In this document: positions 55,036 to 64,000 of the stretch, one piece after another
How the letters are laid out: the number at the start of each line of letters is the position of its first letter
Numbering within the stretch: the first letter of the stretch is position 1
From: Paraspadella gotoi
Taxonomy: Eukaryota > Animalia > Chaetognatha
NCBI GenBank assembly: GCA_051294375.1
Contig: CM119267.1
Span: 17,152,606 to 17,216,605 of the forward strand
Length of the DNA stretch: 64,000 bases
Direction of reading: 5' to 3'
Made by a program: the position numbers and the translations under genes
The notes under the pieces: model-generated
The model's database searches: none
What the model was told of the DNA's origin: nothing
The model's input: the letters and a program-made list of their open reading frames with translations, nothing else

Positions 55036-55289
55036 TGAGCTTGTTTGTTCGTTATTTTTTATACCGTAGTTTCGCCATTTAAATCCTTGTTCGGAACGTT
55101 GTTATTTTGCGAAAGATTTTGTTTTCAGCATGGCATTAATGTCATTTTAGAAAATGACCCTGGAGATTCAACGTTTTATTTGATTTGACAAATAATGTTC
55201 GAACGAAGAAAAACGATCTTGACGGATCGAAATGTATTGAGTGTTGGGCGTCATCGAAAAGGATTGATTAATCGGAGATCAATCCATCG

Positions 55290-58200
55290 ATGATGGCCGC
55301 TTGGCGGATTTGTCCGCGTTTGCCGATCAACAAGAGATTGTGCCTTGCATTCGTCTTCGCACTGGTTCTGCTCCAACTTCTGCTGGGTTTTTCGTTTTAT
55401 TCATTCAGCGAAGGTACATGCCGTCATGCTTGTTTCATTTGCATGTGTGCAGTGAATTTTGTATGTGTCCGCTGAAACGTCGCTGATTTTTTGTTTGAAT
55501 GGGGGACTCTTCGTTTCCTTCGACGCGTCGTTTCAGACCAAAACGAATTTCATTACGTCGACGGCGGCGGTGGCTTCTCCGGCCGCCGCGAAAAACCCAA
55601 ACTGCCAGTGCTCGATCCTCCTTCAGATGCGAAAAGACCACGAAAGAGAGATTCCAACGTTAAAGAGAAGTCTCGATGGAGCGAAAAGGCCGTTTCTTCG
55701 GGCTCCAAACCTCCACCGCAGCCTCCACAGCCGCGAAAGCTCAACAAATGGTGCAACATTACGGAGAAGGAGGCGCTTTCGGCGCTGGCCCGAGCCAAAA
55801 CCGTCCTATGTCAGCAGGAGATTGTAGACACAGTTTGCCAGCAAAAGAGAGGAGCACTTTTTCCTCGGGTACGGTTTTCATTCGGGGTTTTGTCTTGGAA
55901 ACTTGAAGTAAGTTGCATAATGTCGAAAGTTCTTTTGTTTTAATGAAAGGTTTTGGGTCGTCAATGCCCGTTGTCTACCGACGACGAGGGTCGTCACTAC
56001 GGCTGCTTCAAAGATGACATCAACAAAAGGGATCTCGACGGTCATAGAACTCAGTTCACCGCCAATAATTCACCACAAAAGTGCCTAAATCATTGCCTAA
56101 GGTATTTATCACTTTTTGGATGAGATTGAAATTTCCGACGAGTCACGAAGTTAATTGCAATATCTCGTGCTAATTTAGAGGCGGGTTTCCTTTCGCTGGC
56201 GTCCAATTTGGAACCGAGTGCCATTGCGGTCGCTCCTACGGCGCCCACGACAAACTGCCCGACGCCGCTTGCGACTTTCCCTGTCCTGGCGACGATACTC
56301 ATAAATGCGGCGGGTATTTGGCGCAGAACGTCTACGGGACGGGCCTCGGCAGAAAGGCCGAGAACAAGGCCGACCTTGTCGATCCCAAGGTGCTGGAATT
56401 CTTCTGATTTGTTAAAAAATATCACTTTGAAGAAAATTAAAACCTCGATGATCTATTCCCGGATTAGCTGTTCAAGCTCGGCCAGTACAAAGACGCCCGT
56501 GTGGCGTTCGTGTTGACGCTGAACGGACGCGCGGTTCGACAAGTCCGTCGCCTCTTTCGCCTCATTTACAACTCGCGCCATTTTTACCTCATCCATGTGG
56601 ACTCACGCCAGGATTACATGCAGAGAGAAATGACTGCGTTGGCGATGGAGGTATGGAAAATCCTATTCTGGAGACAAAACGTAGCGACTGTTTTCGTTCG
56701 ATGATATTTGACTCCTGTTATTTTTTTTATTTTTTTATTTTATTTTTTTATTTTTTGCCCAGTTTCCACAAAATGTTCGCCTCGTGACCCATCGCGAGAC
56801 GCCAATTTGGGGCGGCGCCTCCGTCCTGCAAATGCATTTGGGCGCCATGCGCGACCTTCTGTCCATGCCTGATTGGGACTGGGACTTTTTTCTCAACCTT
56901 TCCGGTGGATACGGTTCTTTTTGTTTTTAACTAAAAAAGATGGTTTGATAATAATAATATCACCATGGCTTTTCTCAGAATCGGACTTTCCAGTAAAATC
57001 AAACGATGCACTCGTTGCTTTCCTCACTGTCAATCTCTACAAGAATTTCGTCAAATCTCACGGAAAAGACACGCCGAAATTCATCCGAAAACAGGTTTTT
57101 GGTCGGCGTAACGATTCAAAACGATCGGGCCGGAGACATCACGATTCCATCCTTTGACTTTGTTTTAGGGCTTGGACCGCACCTTTGTACAGTGTGATAC
57201 TCATATGTGGCAAGTGGCCCGTCGTGAACTGCCCAGTGGGATTCGTTTCGACGGAGGTCAGGTCGAGGGAAATTCCTTTTCTTTTCCGACTTGCCTTTTG
57301 ATGATTGCATGATAATTGCGTGACTCCAGGGTCCGACTGGGTCGCCTTGTCCAAGCAATTTTGCAAATACGTTGCCTTCGCCGAAGATTCTCTCGTCGCC
57401 GGCCTGAAGCGCCTTTACAGACACACCCTCCTTCCCGCCGAGTCTTTCTTTCACACAGGTGCAGATTGTCATCAGTAACCAGCCTGTAAATATAATAACG
57501 GAAGTTTTCTTATTTATAATTATTCTTTCACAGTATTGCAAAATAGTCTTTTCTGTGACACATTCATCGACAATAATTTGCACCTGACGAATTGGAAACG
57601 CAAACAAGGCTGTAAATGTCAATACAAGGACATCGTTGACTGGTAAGCAGTAATTTTAATCTACATAAAGAGCTTTATTGAAATTAGTTTTGGTTTTCGT
57701 TAATGAAAGGTGCGGTTGCTCCCCGAACGACTTCTTGATCGACGATTTTCCCCGAATTAGAAAAACTTCGGAGCGTCCAATATTTTTTGCGAGAAAGTTT
57801 GAGGCCGTTATCGATCAAGCAATCATTAACAAAGTGGAACACTGGTACAGAAGAAAGTCATTTTGACACATTTTTGTTCCTCGTCAATACAAACATATGT
57901 AATTTTCTTTTCACAAGGCTCTTGGGTCCGTATCCAAACAATGGGAGTTGGTCGGGGTTGCATTCCTATTGGGAAAACGCTTTTCATGTCGAGGATAAAA
58001 GTCCCAAAGTCGACGCCACCGATTTAACCTTTTACCACAGCTTTATGAGGTTTCTAATTGGCATTGGCATCAGTCAATTAAGTTTTTTTCAATAAAACTA
58101 ATTTTCTTCCAGAATATCCGCTTCTGATTTGAGTCAACTCTTTGCTGGAGGCCGTAAGAGATTAGAACCTGTGGGCGATCCCCTCGAGGCGACGCATTTC

Positions 58201-59914
58201 TACGAGCACGGCTCTTACGCGGGAATGTTGGTGAGAGAAGAATACCTCCTTTAGGAGAGAGCGAAAAAATATTCCTTACTTTACGTAATTAAAGTAATAA
58301 ACTAGCAATTATGACAATTAAATCATTAATTATTTAGCTATTAACGGAACCACAAATAAACATGATCATTTACTAATGTAAAATAATAATATTAAACCTT
58401 TAAGGTAATAGAATAAAAATTTATCAAAGCTTAATCAGAATACGACAATATGCAAATGAGATTGAGGAACTCAATCTCATTTCAGACAATTCACAAATTA
58501 ATCTGCTACATAATAACTTTCGCGTTTCCGTCGATCAGGTTTTGTTCCGGATACGCTCGTCAAACGGCGCTTCTCACCTTATCGAAACCCGGCTGGGGCA
58601 CAAACCCATCTATCGAATCATCAATCCCGCTCAAGCCAGTTCAAGTCCTGTTGGGAGGTTAAAGAACTTTGTCGTGTCAACCCGCTTTGATCAAAAGGAG
58701 GAGGTGTTTAGGTAATCGGAAATAAGCAGCTCGTTGATCAACCCTCGACCCGCGATTACATACAATATCCCTATTTTTATCTCCTCGATACTTCGCTGCG
58801 GCTTAGAAATCCTTCTCGATTCGTGGGTCCCTACTCGGAAGTGGTGATGCTCCACGAATGGGAAGAGGGCGACGCCTTCATTGTATCCATCGTATGGATC
58901 GATCCCTCCAAGACAGTCGCCGCTTCCTTCGATACCAAAGTGCAGGAAGGAATGAGAATATTCTACCACAAACCTAATTTTACGTTGCCCCTTCGCCCGG
59001 GGATTTGGACGGCGAGGATGATGTACCAGTGGGTCGGCGGTAAATAGCGAACAATGTTTTATCCAACTGTAAAATTCTAGGGGACAAATTTGTCACAATT
59101 TCATTGTTCTGATCAGTGGCCGAGACGCAATTTCTAGTCGTTCCCTTGTCTCATCTGTCGCGCGAAGAAGCATTGAGCCCCGACGTTTCCGTCCTCGCCC
59201 ACGGAGGACCCTTGGATCTAAACGGTTAACGAAAGAGAGTTGCTGAATAGAAACTGTACCACAAAGTGAATGTTTTCCATTGAAATTACTTACATGTGAA
59301 TTTATAATAGGTTCTCCAGGGCTATACACGTCCAAGAATTTTTCAGAATTTGAAAAATTTTTAAACCTCGAGGGTCAAAGTTTTTTACTACGAGAGCTCA
59401 AACGCAATTCTAGGTGATTTTATATAATTTTGCCCTTGTGCCATGTAAAATTGTATTTATCGCGATACTGTCTGCTTCCCTAATCAGTCTGGTCGGTCAG
59501 GCGCTTAATGCCTGGATCGACGATCTCGTCTCCCGCTTTCACGTGGTTGAGGAGTCGTGCCTGGTGGACGAGGGACGCTTCACCGAAGACGCGGACTTAA
59601 AGGCGCGGACGAGAAAGCGACAGATGCAGAGAGATGGCGCCAGGTTCGGCTCGCTACGACAGGCGCATGGAGTTGGCGCGGATGGCTCCGAGGATCCTCT
59701 CGCCGTCGCTCGTTCTCGAGCCCGCGACTCGACCGGTCTCCAGTTTTGCGAAGACACTCCCTGGTCTTCCCGTTCGCCCGACCCCAAGTCCGAATTCGGG
59801 CAGATCGAATTTACCACCGGAAGAATGCTGAGGAAAGGCGAGGCAGCACGGCATCCCGCTGTGATGGAGGTCCAGGTGGACGATTGGATGCGTGGAAGGA
59901 GAGGGTTGCGTTGA
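55290..59914 (+). CDS. XYLT: Peptide O-xylosyltransferase with a WSC domain (oxt-type)
   Basis: [11 protein letters not shown]; [15 protein letters not shown]; [18 protein letters not shown]; [10 protein letters not shown]; [16 protein letters not shown]; GGSDW; [10 protein letters not shown]; [25 protein letters not shown]; [11 protein letters not shown]. Confidence 0.95.
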
Positions 59915-60987
59915 TTGTTATGATGCCAATAAAATAACTCTTGTTGTGGTTTTTCTTTGGGGAAGGGTGGGGTTATACCCAACGTTTCTAAAATATTTTT
60001 TTTGAACTGGTTGTCGTGCCTTCCCTATGAAAAGATCAGTACAAAATTCCAACCAGATTCTCTTTAAGCGTTACATACTGACATAGTCCCATGGTATTAT
60101 TCTTAACATTTTTAGAAACAGCTACTATATAAAAATAAATTAATTTCCATTGGATTACATCCTCCCTCATTGCTAACTTTCAATTACCTCTCCCCCTTCC
60201 CCGATCCCCTCGACCACACCATGCCTTCTTTGCCAAAAATAAATAAGAATTTAGGATTTAACGATTTAATCGCCTCCTCCCCTCACTTCATTCCAATGTG
60301 ACTATTCAACGGTTCTTTATTTTTTTTTTGCAAAGAAAACCTTATTTTATACGAATGTTTTCTTGTTTTTCGTTTTATTCATGGCTTTAATCAAAATATT
60401 CTTGACATTAAACTAAATATTACTTGTGATTCTCATTCATTTGTCTTAAATGCAGCTACAAGAACAGTGCCTATGATCATTTCAGTTATTTTATTTTCAC
60501 AAGGCGGCACGATTTTCAGAGAGAGGCAAACGACCGTGAAAAAATCGCTTTTTCAAAATTTTAAATTGCATAAGATTTAATGTAATTTAATTTAGTTTAC
60601 TCAAACAGATTTCTCTCATGGTTTTTTCGCCATTCAAACCTTTCAAGAAAGTTATTTATAAATAGAAAACAGAAATCAAGATTTTTTTTTAGTTTTTAAG
60701 CTTCCCTAATTATCTATTACCTTAAATTCCATTCATTTGTCTTTGGTATCTCCTATTTACTTCTTCCATTATTTGTTTGAAACGATGTATTGAAATTAGG
60801 TTATCAAATTTTGTATGTTTCTAGCCATTCAATTTTAGTATTTGTTCTCCGAGTTATTGTCGATTAAGTTTTTTCGCTTTAAATGTTTTCCGCGAAAATG
60901 AATCTCTTTATGGCTTTTTATTTCTATTAAATTTCGTACGCAATGCTCTAATCGGCATTGTCTTAACCGCTTCTACCGTAACGATTG

Positions 60988-61029
60988 CCAATTAGCCAAT
61001 AGCCCAATAGCCATATAACCACCACCAAT
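60988..61029 (+). promoter_or_regulatory. Cluster of four CCAAT boxes upstream of CCDC12 (putative promoter)
   Basis: ccaat at 60988, 60996, 61004 and 61025. Confidence 0.45.
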
Positions 61030-61136
61030 CCTTTTCTTTTACGCACAATGACTCCTCCGTGCACAGTAATTTCAAGGCTATTGAAAGTATTTTGGTTTTT
61101 TTTTTTTTCGTAAGAATCGATTCATAGTCTTGAAAC

Positions 61137-61996
61137 ATGACGACTGTGGGGTCTTTGGAGGAAGAGTCGTTGAAGCGGCGAGAACGATTAAAGGCGATGA
61201 GAAATAGAAATCAAAAGTCGGATTCGGAATCGAAAAAACAGAAACTCGAAGACAACGACAATGCCCCCGCCCTTCCCAAACCCGTCTTCAGGAGCTACAA
61301 TCCGCGAGACGAAAATCTCAAGGTTTTCCATCGGTCTCGTCTTCAGAAAAAAAAGCAGTTCGATTTCAAACGAGTTTTTTTCTTCGCAGGAGGCGACGCT
61401 AGAACGGGCGACGCCAAGCAACGTGGAAGAAAAAGTCCAAGAGCAAATCGACGCCGGAAAATCTGAGGTTCTTGAAAGCGCATACTGTGGACGAACAACT
61501 AAGACACGCTACCTCGGTGAAACCAATTGACCTTACCAAACTTACCCTCGATCGTTTTCCCCCAATCTCTTTACAAGGTCAACGTTTGACTATAAAGAGA
61601 TTGGGGGAAAACGATCGAGGGTAAGTTTGGTAAAATCAATTGTTTTGACCGAGGTTGCGTGTCTTAGTTGTTCGTCCACAATATGACCATTTCGAGTCAC
61701 GACTGCGTTTTTAACTTTATCTGTCCAAACGCGACAATGAAACCCCGTTATTTTCGTTTTAAATAAAATCACCGCAGGTGTTAATGTCGGAAGTCGACCT
61801 GACGAGTCTCGCGCCACGTAAACCCGACTGGGACTTGAAGCGAGACGCCTCAAAGAAACTGGAAAGGTTAGAGAAGCGGACACAACGGGCCATCGCCGAA
61901 CTAATTCGCGATCGACTCAAGAAGGGCGGGGAGAAGGATCTCGCTCAGGCCATGGACGCCGCCACGGCCGCCGCTCTTGACGAGGAGGAAACTTAA
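61137..61996 (+). CDS. CCDC12: Coiled-coil domain-containing 12 (cwf18 splicing factor); 3 exons
   Basis: VGSLEEESLKRRERLKAMR; LPKPVFRSYNP; EVDLTSLAPRKPDWDLKRDASKKLERLEKRTQRAIAELIRDRL. Confidence 0.95.
61485..61681. mobile_element. TA-flanked fold-back MITE (~88-bp arms) in a CCDC12 intron
   Basis: ta|ctgtggacgaacaactaagacacgc..cccccaatctcttta is nearly perfectly inverted as taaagagattggggg..gcgtgtcttagttgttcgtccacaa|ta. Confidence 0.88.
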
Positions 61997-62135
61997 TGTT
62001 TATCTTTTTGTGTTATTCTGTTGCCGACTTCATTTTTGATTTCGTATTCTTTAACATTTTTCATCCATTGTTTTTTTTTTTTATAATAAAGGCATAAAAG
62101 CGTGACTTAATTTTTCTGGCGCTTGACCGAAAAAA

Positions 62136-63241
62136 ATGTTTCCGACGTGGAACAATTGGTATCCAGTGCCAAGGTTTGACGACGTAGACAATGACCACGA
62201 CGAGGACCGCCTTTCTCGCGATCCGATACCTTGGTATTACGATGAGGCCTTTCGCCGATATTGGGAGCACTTTTATCAAGTGCAAATTTGGTTCCGAGCT
62301 AACTCTATAGCCACCACCCAGGCCGATCAAGATGCTTTAGAGACCTGGTGCCACTTTCACCCGATGATGGGGACACCTTGTGGAGGTTCGTGAAAAGCGA
62401 TTTAGCGGAAAATACAATATATACAAGACTACCCAATGTCGTAGATTATTTTCAAGTATTGCTACATAGTATTTAGGTGTTTATCCCTCTCCAGGACTGC
62501 CAGGTGTATACGGTTTTCCCACATATGAGGCCTATCCTTTGAGCAACTTTTCCAAAGAACGAAGAAGAGAGATGAGACGAGAGAGAAAAAGGAAACAAAA
62601 GAAGAGAAAAATAAAAAGGGAGGAAAGGAGAAAAAGGCAAATGGAGGAGGAGGAGGCAGAAGAAGAAGAAAAATATGAACATGACGCCGAATACGAAGAT
62701 CAAAATGAAGAGATCGAAGCCTTCTACAGAGACTCCAATGCCAAAAATAACTTTTTTCAATTTTTGACTCAGAATAATGAATATAGGTGACGAATACGAT
62801 TCAATTAGTGAATTACTGGGTTGCTTTCAGTCACTTATGATTGAGGCTCTTGTTTAGTAAACAATGCTAACGTCTACCTTTTCTGTGATTGTAGGAAAAA
62901 ACGGGACGCTTATAAGCTAGCTGAGGAGGAATTGAAACGTAAGCGAGATGCCTGTCTGTCTCAAACGCCCAAACAACAAGTCAGTTTGATATTACTGTAC
63001 ATTGTACAAGGTTTATATATTTCCTCCCACATAAGGCTAAATATTTACGAATTGCAAAAAAATGTTGAAAACGTTTCAGGCTGGCCTCAAAAGAACGCAG
63101 GAAATGTATCAACTGTACGGAGGGGAATCCATTGTGATTCAATCTTTGGAGACGAACATTCAAATGAAGTTCGACGCTTTCATTGATAAGAATAAACCAC
63201 CACTTTGGCCTGATTTACCCCTCAATTTGAACTATCGATGA
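62136..63241 (+). CDS. GEMIN8: Gem-associated protein 8 (SMN complex)
   Basis: PWYYDEAFRRYWEHFYQVQIWF; C-terminus RTQEMYQLYGGESIVIQSLETNIQMKFDAFIDKNKPPLWPDLPL. Confidence 0.82.
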
Positions 63242-63410
63242 TAACCTTATTTTTTAATCGTTGATTATTCAACGATTTTTTTGTTTTTATTTTAGAACCA
63301 TGTAACCATGTCAATTGAGAAGAAATGATTGCTCGAACATTAAAATGATCACTTTTTGATCAGTTATTTGAGCTTTCTGGACCCAACTGTGATAAAGCCC
63401 CTTCAGAACA

Positions 63411-64000
63411 ATGGTTGCTCAACAGGCCTTTCTATTCTGGTCTCTTCTCTTGTTTTACTGTGTTGGCCCTCGTGTTGCAACAGGTGAGCTCTTGTCAACA
63501 TTGGCGGATTAGGATGCGTAATGTTGCGAATGTTAAAATTATATGTTTTGTATGCGTATGTTAATTGCCTATGTTAAAATATGTAATCCTCCAGACGGTT
63601 TTTGGGGGTATTTTTATTTTCATGACGTTTTTAAATTCTTCTATCAGTTCCATCAGAACCTCCTTCTCTTTCTCGGCCACACTATATGCACCAAGACGAG
63701 TTGACGAAATGGTTGAATAACCTTGAGAAAACTTATCCCTCGTTGGCCAGGACTCACGTCATCGGAACTTCCGTTCTCGGAAGAAAACTATGGGCTTTGC
63801 AGATGACCAAAAATGTCGGTTGGTTCTTAAGGGAATTTTACGAAAATTGGGTTCGATTTTAACCATTTTCAGGATGTCACTTTTTCCTCAATAAAAACCA
63901 ACTTTTCATCCAGATACCCGCGAAGCGGGGAAACCGATGATGAAGTGGGTCGGCAACATGCACGGCAACGAAGCTTTGGGTCGCCAGATGCTCGTCTACT
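63411..64000 (+). CDS. CPD: Carboxypeptidase D-like (M14 N/E), 5' part, truncated by the window end
   Basis: Signal peptide; YPSLARTHVIGTSVLGRKLWALQMT; GKPMMKWVGNMHGNEALGRQML (HxxE zinc motif). Confidence 0.8.

Overview
This is eukaryotic (invertebrate animal-like) genomic DNA: AT-rich spacers, CpG-rich exons and many short GT-AG introns, so the ORF track shows only exon fragments. Joining exons by eye gives 26 protein-coding genes, all on the + strand: CEP70 (3' part), BZW/5MP, FANCE, an orphan, a Cys-rich membrane protein, ORC4, USP30, SLC25A26, DPH2, EXOSC3, EIF3I, NADK, CDK2AP1, R3HDM4, MGAT2, a C2H2 zinc-finger gene, GTSF1, BRK1, ATP6V0C, MTRES1, PCYT1, RPF2, XYLT, CCDC12, GEMIN8 and CPD (5' part). 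Many stop-to-start gaps are only 23-400 nt, and many start codons follow a pyrimidine tract plus AG. CCAAT clusters occur at three of the larger gaps. The best reading is long eukaryotic operons resolved by spliced-leader trans-splicing, with two almost spacer-less junctions (FANCE/orphan, 38 nt; SLC25A26/DPH2, 23 nt). This is inference and needs RNA evidence. Larger introns and gaps carry MITEs, tRNA-derived SINEs, Helentron-like elements, a LINE fragment flanked by (TC)n and a ~320-bp terminally redundant repeat. Gene names come from remembered motifs, not database searches. Gene coordinates span introns.
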